Below, in pieces: positions 26,401 to 38,309 of a DNA stretch of 64,000 nucleotides. The DNA comes from Oikopleura dioica (taxonomy: Eukaryota; Animalia; Chordata). The stretch lies in contig OU015568.1 of the NCBI GenBank assembly GCA_907165135.1, forward strand, positions 16,689,208-16,753,207, written 5' to 3'. A model generated the notes under the pieces. It made no database searches, had not been told where the DNA came from, and was given only the letters and a program-made list of their open reading frames with translations. How positions within the stretch are numbered: position 1 is the stretch's first letter; each line of letters starts with the position of its first letter. Made by a program: the position numbers and the translations under genes.

Positions 26401-28536
26401 CAAAGCCGTCCGAGACTCCGTCGATTGGCGCGATGTATGGATCACTGTGAACTGTTATGACTCCTCTTGTTTTCTCGTCGCACGGGAGAGGCGTGATGAC
26501 TAGTCCTGTAGAAGTACACTCAATCAAATCTTCTTCAGTTCGCGTGTTTTCTCCGAGCTTGAGATAGTGCCCTTGTTTCGGACCAGACTCGATAGTGCAG
26601 CCACAATCAGATTCAGGAATGCAGACTCCGAACTCAAGGATGAATCCGGGCTCGCATACGCACATGCTCTGTGTAAGCTGAAATCCAAGATTGGAGAAAA
26701 AACCGCACCGCCGGAATACTGGAAGGTGTTGGTTTTGGCAAGTTCTACTTCCACTGCAAGCGGACGCGCATCCATTCCAGACTGCGTTTTCACCGCATGT
26801 TTCTTCGCAACCGAGATCGCTAGCCCAGTTACATAGGTCCGGAATTGTAGGAGCAGTTCCAGCTAGCCAGTGAGTAAGCGAAATTGGTGGATTCATGCAA
26901 GCTTGAGCGTAGTTTTTGAAGGATTCGCATCGATTAGAGTCATCTTCACAGGTGTCCAGGATGCATGACGTGTGGTATGATGACTTGTCCAGGTCACATG
27001 ATGCGAAAACAGAAGCGGCGTTGTTCGGATCTAGTGGAAGGCATTCATCAATGGCGGTAGTGAGGTCGACTTCGCACTCAAAATCATGAATTTGTCGACA
27101 ACGGTCATCTGGTTCTTCAAATTGTTCAGCCCAGTCTGTAAGCCCTTCTTGGTAGGCTTTCCAGTTTCCAAATTGAGTGCTTGAAATCTGGTCGAATTCA
27201 TCGTATTGAATTCCATCCCAGTTTCCGCAAAGTCCATCGACATTGTCCTGGTAGCAGTCTGGAATAGTCACATCGAGCCTCGATCCTGCTTGGTAGAGGA
27301 CAGTAACTCCAAACCAAGTCGTAATTGTCACTGTATTGCCATTCGTAGAGAGTTGAAAATCCGGGTTGCCGTAGAAATCATCGGTGTAGAACTCGCCTAA
27401 TTCACGATCTTCTAAAACCATTCCGCGCATGAGCCATTTCCAGCCGTCAGCATTCACAGTGTATCTAGGAGCCTCGTCTTCAGCTTGATCCTTTCCTTGA
27501 AACTCAAAAACGAAGCCTCGGTTCCACGTGTAGGGTGAATTGAGCGTCATTGCAGCGAGGTCCGCGCGGACTTTGAACCAAGGCATGTTTGGGTACTGGA
27601 CAGTGTCGACTTCCACCATCGTGTACTCGCAAGTTCCCTGGAAGTGATGAAATTCCCCGTCAAATGTTGTATAGTGAGGATCACCACTGCTGACGCAAGT
27701 TTTGTAAGACCCAGCGTAGCACTTATCCGTGAAATGCCCGGACTCGCAGACAGCCTTGAGTTGTTCCTGGCAATTCTCCGCCTGGATTCTTCCTTCACCG
27801 TTGATGGAAGTGCAAGAGTTGTCGCCATCGTACCAGTAGCGTCCTGTCTCGCTCAAGGCTTCTCGGAGAGCGCCGACGCGGTTTTTATCGCCAGCAGGCT
27901 CGGCAAGCCAACTTCCACGGAGATAGCAGTAAGCAAGAGCTTCATCAAAATCCATTTCTTCTGCGGATATTTCGTACGCGTACTCGGTCTCCTAAGAATA
28001 TTCATTAGAAATCAAGTTAATTAAATATTTTTTATAGAATATCTTAATTTAATTTTTGTTTTCAATTCAAGTTAAAGTAGTAGTTACAGTACCTGATATT
28101 CCTTACGCTCGGAAAGCTTTCTTATATCCTTGACAGACCGTCTAGGAACTCGAATTTTCTTTCCCGAAACTCTATCATGAGCTTCGAGGCAAGCGTATGA
28201 ATCCATCCAGCCATCAAGCATATCTGCCAAGTTCACCAGATTCGTGGCCATCGCTTCTCGTGGATCGAATCTCTTCATTTCGACCAGCTGGTAGGTTGGG
28301 TCGGTGAAGGACGAGTCGCATGGGCCGCTATCCTGGTAGAACTCGGCTGCTCGTTTGGCTCTCTCGTAACGATTTTGAAAAGACGAGGCGAATTTCTTGC
28401 CGCTGACCAAGTTGATCTTGGTGAAAATCTCGGCCGCGAATTCGTCTGCTTCCTCCCAGAACTCGATAAATTGAACATCGGCGCTGACGTAGCTAACGCC
28501 ATTCAGCGCTAGAATCTTCAGCAGCGGCTCTCTCAT
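14481..28536 (-). CDS. Giant secreted FCGBP/zonadhesin-like protein (~4,616 aa if one missing A is restored). Signal peptide, helical WxDxYAC domain, C-type-lectin-like domain, 10 VWD-C8-TIL assemblies, C-terminal domains, Thr-rich tail
   Basis: Exons 28536-28093, 27991-15550, 15484-14942 and 14901-14481 are joined by in-phase GT-AG introns of 101, 65 and 40 nt. The ORF track gives the VWD motifs (GDPHY, DPYI, GLCGNWN/FN). There is a 1-nt frameshift at 20792-20796. Confidence 0.88.
17161..22537. repeat. Near-identical intragenic tandem repeat, period 2331/2330 bp, ~2.3 copies
   Basis: Identical off-frame ORFs recur at 17281/19612/21942 and 17540/19871/22201. Identity ends at 17160 and 22538. 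Confidence 0.95.
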
Positions 28537-28622
28537 CTTTTTTTCTTCGCGAGCTGGAAAGAAAACTGCTTTCTTTCCACTCGCTGAAGAAGGAAGTGAA
28601 AGAGTGACCGGCTCAACAGTCG

Positions 28623-28628
28623 TTTATA
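28623..28628 (-). promoter_or_regulatory. Candidate TATA box of the giant VWD gene
   Basis: TATAAA on the minus strand ~90 nt upstream of ATG 28536. Confidence 0.4.
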
Positions 28629-29043
28629 AAGCATGCCAAGAACTGCCTAAAGCGCTGATCGGTTGGTTTCCTAACCTAGCTTCTTGAAGCGATCAGTGGT
28701 CAGCGCCACCATTTTTCCTGGCGAAGGCGCGGTGGAGCCGAGTACCTCTTTACATGGCCGAGGCAAGAGAACTCCATTCACACACTTTGACCAAAAGTAA
28801 ATGGATTAGTGCATAAGTTGACGATTAATTTCGTCTCAGGAGTCGTTCAATACTGTTTTTTTCTTTCAGAAATAATCTTTGAAAGTGGGTGTTTTAAAAA
28901 CAACTTGTTATTTTATATCATATAATTTTTCAAAATTCAAAATAATTTAGTAATAAAATTTTTATTCAAGAAGAAAAATATGTTTATATAAGGTAGGCAA
29001 ATAAAAATTCAAGAGTTTGGATCCTTCATGTAAAATGTATGGT

Positions 29044-29229
29044 CTGGGCTCTGGAACCTGTGTAAAAAACCTGAGTCAAGATTATTTAATTTATCATTAT
29101 CGTCGATAATTTATCGATGTCATCTACAATTAAAACTTGATAACTATCTATCTAACTTTCTAGTTTTCGCGTATCGTTCAAGCTCTTTGAAATCCTGACT
29201 CAGGCTTTCTACACAGGTCGCTAACCCAG
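29044..29229. mobile_element. MITE family A, copy 1 (TIR ~CTGGGCTCAGCAACCTGTGTAGAAAACCTGAGTCAG)
   Basis: ctgggctctggaacctgtgtaaaaaacctgagtcaagatt ... aatcctgactcaggctttctacacaggtcgctaacccag form imperfect terminal inverted repeats. Confidence 0.8.
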
Positions 29230-29796
29230 TTCAAGGTACATGTTCTTCTGCTTTCTTTGTCATAAAAACTAATGACGAATTTTACGGGCGTTTCGAACTT
29301 TTCCCAAAAGTTTGTTTTCAGAGAGGATTATCCTGGACCTTCGCTTGGTCTCCAGTCCCACTAAACTATCATCAGACAGGAAACATTGTTAAAACACGGA
29401 GAGGTCCTTTCAAATAGGATTGACGACCGCTAAGTTGGCCTCGTGAATTTAAAGCCGGATAAAAAGCCAAATAGTGCCCACTTCTGTTCCATTTTTGCCC
29501 TGCTACGATGCAGCATATTTTCGCTCGGAGGCAGAAAGAAACGCCTTGAAATGTTTCTTTTTGTTGATAACAAGATGCTCGACTGGTAACTGATAATGTC
29601 ATAACACGGAAGGTAAGTTTTGAAAGTTCGCAATCAAGAAGCAACTTTTCTTGACCATTTTTTAGAAATTAAAAGATATAATATAAAAATTTATTATATT
29701 ATATTATATTGAAAAAAATGATGACAAATATGGACAAATAATTGTAAAAAAATTCAAGCAGCCTTTTGCCACGTTTTTTGAGAAGAGTTTTTCATA

Positions 29797-29967
29797 CAGT
29801 AGATAATCCTATCTTGGGTAGCGCCGGCCTAGTCCTAAACTGGGTAGCGAGGCCCTACTTTGAAAATGAAATCCCTATCTCTCTAGAGAAAAATGGCGCC
29901 GCCGGCCTAATCCTAAACTGGGTAGCGACGCACTAAAGTGACCTACCCAAGATAGGATTATCCACTG
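29797..29967. mobile_element. Tc1/mariner-type MITE with TA target duplication
   Basis: TA|CAGTAGATAATCCTATCTTGGGTAG ... CTACCCAAGATAGGATTATCCACTG|TA (one mismatch). Internal direct repeat gccggcctaRtcctaaactgggtagcga occurs twice. Confidence 0.9.
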
Positions 29968-30273
29968 TAGTTGACGTCACCCATTCATACTCGAATGCCC
30001 GCGAAAATTTCCCTTCAAAATATTTAATGAATAAATGACCCGACTGGAGGCTTTGTTTTCAAATAGAGAGAAGAAGTTTTCGAAAAATAAAAATTCGCGC
30101 AGAGACAGTAAAATGTGTCTAGTAGACGCGGTTTACCTGTGAACAACGTTCGTAATCATTTTTACGCTTTGAAGAGTCGCTTTGCATCCGCTGTTTTACG
30201 ACTTTTGTGAACCTTTGCCAGACCGAGAGTTACCCCGTTCAAAAAGGAGAGAGAAAACCGAAGAATTGTTAAA

Positions 30274-31905
30274 ATGGGGGTTTTTGGGCTTGTCGATCCT
30301 AGCAATGTTCTTGCAAAATTATCAGGAGAGACAAAGAGAAACCGGAGCTTGCCTTTTTTGATGCTCAATGCTGACAGGTAAAATGCAAATTTCAGGAGTC
30401 AGCAAGCTGTATTATGCAGGCCTAATAGGGGCTGTATAGAAAACCCTGAGTCAGGGTTCTGAAGTAGCTCTAATAAAAATCCTAACTCAGGTTTGCTACA
30501 CAGGTTGCTGAGCCCAGTCTGGGCAGCATAGACCAAACTCTAACCCTAACCTTGTTTTTTTTTCAGGATTTTCATCCATTTCATCGCCGCAGTTCCTTCA
30601 TTAATTCTCACCGCAGCAGTTCTCCTTGGAGACAAAATGTACTCTTCCAGTTCTTTGGTCCTAATGACGCCTCTCAACAACGGCTCCCGACCCTTCGATC
30701 GTTGGTACGATCAACCAGCAATCACTGAATATTGCTGGTCCCAAATGAAAGCAGTCGAGGTCGAAAACGGTCAAATAACGGAGACGTCGATTTGGCACTA
30801 TTCGATGTTTCCCTACGTAATGGTTCTTTTTTGCTTAATTCCTTTGGTCGCAAATCTCGCTTGGAGAGTCATTGATCTTAGCGAGCTCGCTCACGGTAAT
30901 AATTTTCATTGTTTCCTACCAATTACCGAAGTTTTTAGCGCTGGATTTTATCATCGACGGAATAGAAGAGTCCATTCAAGACAGCGTCGCATTCCTCATC
31001 AAACGAGCCAAAAGCAATGGAAGACTTGACAATTCGAATAATCCGCAAACTGCGACGGAAAACTCAGCTTTTGTTCAGCCAAATTTATACAAAGATTATG
31101 TCAGGAGAGGTTTCATAATTTTTCGATCGTAAAAAATCATATTCATCGATAATTAATAAATTTAAAAACCTCTCAAAGATCTTTCAAAGTCGAAAAATTC
31201 ACCGAATTCAATCAAATACTCAACAAGTACTCCAAACAAGCTGATTTCCGGCTAAAGCTGAAATTCTTGAGGTACCACTTTTATTCCCAATAAACTCACA
31301 ACCATATTTTTTAGATTAATAAGCCTCTCCTGCGTTTTAATCGAGAACTGTTTGTGCTACTACATCTACCTCGTTCCCGCCAGAAATCCAGTCACGTTCG
31401 GCTGCTACCTTCCTCAAGAACTGGCTGATTCTAGCGGCCAGAAAATCGGGTATTTCGTCTTTTCGCCGGTAACGACTAGGACTCTTCTCCTCTGGTCGAT
31501 GTTTTACCTGAACTGGGTTATTCTTGCTTTCGGTCTTTTTGCGTTTTACACGGTAATCTTTCCTTATTAGCTGGAAATTTACTAAATCTCCAGAACCCGA
31601 AAACAACGAAGAAAAACCCCGGGGTGCAGCTCGCCGACCACCTTCCCCAAATCGACGACGACCTGAAATTCGACGAAAGCAAAGATCTCCACTACATTCT
31701 CTCCCTCGTCCACACCAACCGATTCCGTTACGAAAGCCTTCGTTTCGGCTTCCACATTCTCGCAGTTTCGAAACTGGCCTCCTCGGATTTGGACAAAAAG
31801 CACCACGAGTTCTTGAAAGCAATGAGGGAATCTGCACTGTGGGAGGCTTCGAGAAACTCGGCGGATGAAATAATTGCCGGAATTAATCAAAATGTAAAAT
31901 TATGA
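30274..31905 (+). CDS. PANX: Pannexin/innexin-superfamily large-pore channel
   Basis: Spliced ADR|IFIHFIAAVPSLIL (TM1), ITEYCWSQ, IWHYSMFPYVMVLF (compare the PANX1 HKFFPYILL motif), LDFIIDGIEE, FGCYLP, and a C-terminal LPQIDDDL..DLHYIL. Intron 1 (30378-30566) carries a MITE. Confidence 0.82.
30432..30517. mobile_element. MITE family A, copy 2 (pannexin intron 1)
   Basis: ctgtatagaaaaccctgagtcaggg ... cctaactcaggtttgctacacaggttgctgagcccag. Confidence 0.75.
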
Positions 31906-32109
31906 AAGCTGTTCTTCTTGAAATAAAATTTATACGACAATTTCTTCTTGAATATTATTTTTTTCTATTTTTATTTTTGCAAGTAGTTAAATATTGATCT
32001 CCGAAAATACCTGTTCTCGAACTTTCCATTTTGAACCAATAAAATCAACCAAATCTCCCACGCCTTTTGAAATCATAGAGAAAATCGCAGAAATTCACAA
32101 CTTGCAATT

Positions 32110-33089
<980 letters not shown>

Positions 33090-33849
33090 TTTTTGCGTTC
33101 AAAACTCCACTTCTAATTGTAATTTCACGAATAATTTCACTTTCAACATTACATATATTCGAACATTGTATTATCAATTAAACTTACATGGATCATGAAA
33201 AATGCCAAAACAAGAATAACGCTAGAGAAAGAGCGCTTACAAGGACCAAAAACAACGTTCGTTTTGGCAAAACGTTGTCTAAAATCAAGCGATAGCTCGG
33301 CGAGAGGATTTACCGTAAATACGTCGATGTACTCTCTAATAGGAAAGCGAACGCAAAATCGACCTAAGAGTCTTGATTAAGGACCCCCTAGTCAACTTTC
33401 CCAGCAAAAGAATCGAATTTTATCAAAAGCCTAATTTTTGGTTCTCAATGTGTCAGGGGGGTTAAATATTTAGTGAGAACTTGAGGCCAGCGGGTAAATA
33501 AATCCGTGTATTTTTGTCAAAATTTGTACATTTTTTTGTCATTTTTCGGCTAGAAGTCCAATTTGAAAGACAATTTTGAGGGTATTAGAGTCAAGATAGA
33601 TCCTCTAAAAATAAAGCCTCAAAATCGTTTTTTGACCTGTAGAATCTATTTTCGGGGTCAAAATTATGAAACTCGGAAATTTGATTTTTTGGAAAAATTG
33701 ACCAGGGATTTCAAATTCATCAAATCCTGAAACAATACTTTTTGACAAATTAAACCGCTCGCGCCATCTCGCTCCCTGGCGCTAGAATGAACGATTGTTG
33801 CTACAAAAGAGCTCGGCGAAAGCAGCAACTCAAAAAAATTTTTCAGCAA

Positions 33850-35743
33850 ATGAAAGTTTTTATTCTTTTTACAATTACTTTGGCCCAACGGGGAAAAGGA
33901 AATAAAAAGCTAAAAACTCTATGACCAGTTTAAAGAGAGCGGAAGGAGTTCCGGCGGCTCGTGCGACCACGCCGATCCAAACGACGTTGCATATTGCTGC
34001 TATCTCAACAGAGGTTGCTCCGCTTTCGGAGACAGGGCACAATGTACCACTCATCTGAAGCTTTGCGGAGTTGACCCGGCGATGGTCGATTGCGAAATAG
34101 GCTACTCCAAATGGACTACCCTTGGCTGTGCTGACATCAATGAGTGCAAAATAGGGTGGCACAATTGCGACGACACCAGTGAAATCTGCAAAAACACGCC
34201 AGGATCGTTCAGGTGCGAGCCTCGTGTAGTCTGCCCAGCCGGGTTCAGCGGGCTGGAGCCATACTGTGTCGATATCGATGAGTGTTCAAGCGGAAGCCAC
34301 ACTTGTTCTGCAACTGAAAACTGCTCCAACACTGCTGGCTCCTTTTTCTGCAGCTGCAAGAGCGGTTACAGAAGTAGTGCAAGTGGTTGCACTGACATCG
34401 ACGAATGCACTGCTGGAACTGACACTTGTGATGACGCAACTGAAATTTGCAATAATACCCAAGGCTCGTTCTCGTGCTCCTGTGCTCCTGGCTACGCGAA
34501 AAACGACGCCGGAGTTTGTGTCGACATAGACGAGTGCGCAACCGGAAGTCACAACTGCTCCGCTACTGAGAACTGCTCCAATACTGCCGGTTCTTTCTCC
34601 TGCAGCTGCAAGAGCGGATATGGCGGAAACGACTGCACTGACATCGACGAATGTGCAGCGGGAATACATACATGCGACGATGTAACTGAAGTTTGCACCA
34701 ATCAACCCGGCTCTTTCTTATGCCATTGTGCCTCAGGCTACTATGGCGACATCGGAAAGCCCTGTGTCGACATAAATGAGTGTGCTGAGAGAATCGACGG
34801 CTGCAACGACGTCACTGAAGTTTGCAACAACTATGCTGGCGGGTACAGTTGTTTTTGCGCTCCTGGATACGCTACGAACGCCGCCGGAGTTTGTGTGGAC
34901 GTTGATGAGTGCGCTGCTGGCACTGACAGTTGCGATGATGTAACAGAAGTCTGCAATAACAGCCAAGGCTCTTTCTCATGCTCTTGCGCTTCTGGCTACG
35001 CTGGAAACGGCGCGGGAGTTTGTGTCGATATCGACGAGTGCAGCGATGGAATTCACGACTGCGCAGTTACCGTTGAGACCTGCGTCAACAGCATTGGATC
35101 TTTCTTTTGCCCCTGCTCGACTGGATACGATCGAGACGACGCAGGAGATTGCGTCGACATCAACGAATGCGCAACTGAAACGGACACTTGCTCCGATGTC
35201 ATCGAAACCTGTATCAACTTGATTGGCTCTTACGGCTGTCCTTGCTCTAGCGGATACGAACGTAATGCCGATGGAGTTTGTGTTGACATCGATGAGTGTG
35301 CGAGAGGAACTGACACTTGTCACGACACAAAAGAACGATGCGAAAACAAGGCCGGCTCTTTCGAGTGCATCTGTCTGCCGATGTCCTACGATGAGGCCAT
35401 GTCCACCATCCAAGACTGGATTGAGATGACTGGCCAGGTCCTCGCCGATCACGAACGCGCTGGCAAATTCCAAATCCGAACTGACAAACTTCTTCGAAAC
35501 GCCCTTCGCAGTTACGATGCCAACTGCACTATCCCCTACGATGCTCATCTAATCGGTAAAAACGACTTTGCCGTCTGGGAAAAGCAAGCTGTCCGGTCCG
35601 AAGATCACTGCATTCAAGTTAGCACTGCTCGAGCTGGCTTGAAAGCTTGGGTCGACAACTACGCCTGCATGAGCAAGAAAACCAGCCGACAAACTAAGCG
35701 GGTGACGAAGTTCATTGGAAAAATTGCCAATCCTTACTGTTAA
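33850..35743 (+). CDS. Secreted protein with 10 calcium-binding EGF repeats and a C-terminal WxDxYAC domain; first intron non-canonical (33899-33935)
   Basis: Signal MKVFILFTITLA. Ten D[IV][DN]EC...C.N..GS[FY].C.C repeats. The frame is open upstream of the track's 34082 start, back to 33936. Confidence 0.85.
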
Positions 35744-35921
35744 TTTAAGTAATTTGATAATGAAAATATCATGAAAACTGAAGAGGATTTTTAATAAATA
35801 AACAAAAATAATCATTCAAAGATATGTTATAGCCGGCTACGAGGCAGCGGGCGGGTATGAAAACGCGCTCCCCAAAATTTCGTCCAAAATACCCACCCTG
35901 TAATGAATATCAGAAAGCACT

Positions 35922-37595
35922 TTATTCGTCATCGAGAAAATAGTAAATTTCGTCTATGATATCAGCCACAAGAGGATGTCTGCTTTGCTCAATATTTTGA
36001 TAGTCGATTGGAATATCGTGTCCGACGTAAATCGGCTTACTGAGTCCATCTAGCGTTACTTCTATAAAGTCGTCTTCCTCAACGATGTAATATCTAACGA
36101 AATTTGATTTTCTGATGAAAGGATTCTTTTACCTGTAGTTTTTGCAGAGTTTGTCTTCCAAATGAACATAAAAAACTTTCCCGATCGCGAAATCTATCAA
36201 CTTCAGCGTCGTCAGCTGCAGTTTCTTATTGACGGTAATGCTGTGAAGATAGAAGCAGTAGAAGCTCAAGAATCCATCCGTCAAATGCGGCGCTTGAAGA
36301 AGCTTCAGTTCGAAATCTGCGAATTCATCTCCTTAGGTAGGGTCAAAAATGGTCTCAAAGAAGTTAGGGTTGTTGGTTTTTACGACCCTATTCTTGCAAC
36401 GCACCAGCTAAATTTTGCGAAAAGGGATGAAACTTATCGAAAGGAAATTTTAACCCGTTCTGTAGCAACTGAACACTTTAGGGGGTGATCCCTATCGAGA
36501 GTTTGTTTTTGACCCTGGACCTTTTCCAGTCATACTAAATTGAAGGGAAGGGGTCAATCTTATCGTCAGATTTTCTCGTCTCCCGATTTTTTCCAAGATT
36601 GTCGTTAAATCTCAAGAAATGGCGCCCAAAATTGCCTATTTTTTCATCCGAAACGGACGGGTAAGGCTTTAATTGGCTAAACTCAATCGAAACGTTGACA
36701 ATTTTGGGCCCGATTTCGAAAGTTTTATTCACAATCTCGGTGAAAAAATACCCCGTGTTAAAATCTCTTACGATAAGGTTCACCCCTAAAGCAAAATTAT
36801 CAATCTTTGACCCTTGAACTTCCAGCTTGCCCGGATCCACGAGAGAGGACTAAATGCTCCCTGAAGAGATTCAAAATCTTCTCCGTCTTTGCTTCCCACT
36901 CTTGTTCTTCTCTTCCCAAAATGAAGAAATCTGCGTCGACGGAATACGGCGAAGTTTTTGCATCTGCAATTTCCAACCCTTTTTTCGAGCTCAAAACTGA
37001 TCTTTTTTTTGAAAAGAAGAAAACTGTCAATTGAACTTTTCCTTGAGCGAATTTCTTCTTCATCGCCCTGTAGGCTTGATTGACAATTCTGAAATCTTCC
37101 GGATCTCCGCCGTAATCTGGATGATGGACTTTTGCAAGAGCCATGTAGGCAAAGGTGATTTCTAAAAAAATTTTAGACGCAAACACAAATTAAAAAATAC
37201 GATTTCGAGAAAATTAGCCGCGCGAAGAAGCCCCAGAAATACCGAAAAATCGAAGCCGCATTCTCCGCGGCTTTCCTTTTGAGGACAAGAGCCGCTTGCG
37301 GCTTCTGGCCCTATGATAGAAAAAGCCGCAGGAAGCGCGGCTATAATTTCATTTTTGCGGCTTTTTCGGTATGACTCGAAGCCGCGAGCGGTTTCTCTAT
37401 TTTATTCTCAAGTTCAAAATAAAAAGCCGCACGCGGCTTCAATTTCAACTTCCAAAGCCACAAACGTCCTTTCGTCTTTTTTCTTTGAATTTTACCTTTG
37501 AGCGTCGCAGTTTTTCCAAGCTTCAAAATCTCATGCGGCTGGACGGCGACAAGACATCTGACTGGCTTCACTAATCTCTGTACTTGTCTGAGCAT
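35922..37595 (-). CDS. DnaJ/Hsp40 J-domain protein with a probable mitochondrial transit peptide
   Basis: MLRQVQRLVKPVRCL..PHEILKLGKTATLK|EITFAYMALAKVHHPDYGGDPEDFRIVNQAY contains the HPD motif; intron 37495-37162. Downstream exons run to ...IYYFLDDE* at 35922. Confidence 0.75.
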
Positions 37596-37689
37596 TTCTG
37601 ACTTTAATTTTTCGTTGATTTTTTTGAAGAATGGAAAAAAGTAATTTCTTGCGTTGAATTTGGTTCGACCCTGTTGCGCAAGAAAAGGA

Positions 37690-37900
37690 TAACCTCACCA
37701 ATTTCTTCTTTTTAAAATCATTACGTCATCAGTTCGAAAATTTGGTACTATGACTCATCAGAACTTCTACAAGGAAAAAGTTCGCTTGGAGATCGATGTT
37801 TTCAACGAGAAAAGCTCGAGAATTGAATTCTTCTAGAAGAGCATTGGCGGAAAAGAATGGAAGCGGGCCAATCAGCGCGCGCGAAAGAATTTTCTTCGGT
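37690..37900. promoter_or_regulatory. Candidate bidirectional promoter between the DnaJ gene (-) and PSMD3 (+)
   Basis: Divergent gene starts. TTACGTCAT (ATF/CRE-like), TGACTCA (AP-1-like), ATTGG/CCAAT boxes and E2F-like TTGGCGGAAAA/GCGCGAAA. Motif matches only. Confidence 0.45.
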
Positions 37901-38309
37901 TTAGCGGTCGATTTTTGAGGAATATAGCGTTTTTTCGAAGAGAAGAAATGGAAGAAAATTTTACTATTTATCGAAGAAAAAAATAATTAAAATCATTCAC
38001 AAAACTAAAAAGGAAAATTGAAACGTAAATCTACTTTTTTTACAAATTGAATCTCCTTGAAAATTTTGCACATGAGAAATTTTTGCTCGCTGCTTTTTTC
38101 CAGATGGTTTTTACGAAAATCGAGAAGCCGCGTGCGGCTTTCAGCACCAAAAAGAAAAAGCCGCCCGGGAGTACCTTCCATTTCCATTTTCAAAGCCGCG
38201 TGCGGCTTCCCAATTTTTTCTTCATTCTTTCTTTCTATTTCTGCTATTTACTGCATTTTGTCTCGTCATCAAAAAAGCAACTCTTCAATTTTCCACTTTC
38301 AGATTCGCG

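Noticed and set aside
15659-27828. Dozens of 60-240 aa ORFs overlapping the VWD gene in other frames or strands
   Set aside because: They are shadow ORFs of a long Cys/Asp-rich coding exon and recur only because of the 2.33-kb repeat.
30535-30552. Telomere-like CTAACCCTAACC (also at ~1572)
   Set aside because: Only 1-2 units inside introns; too short to call an interstitial telomere.
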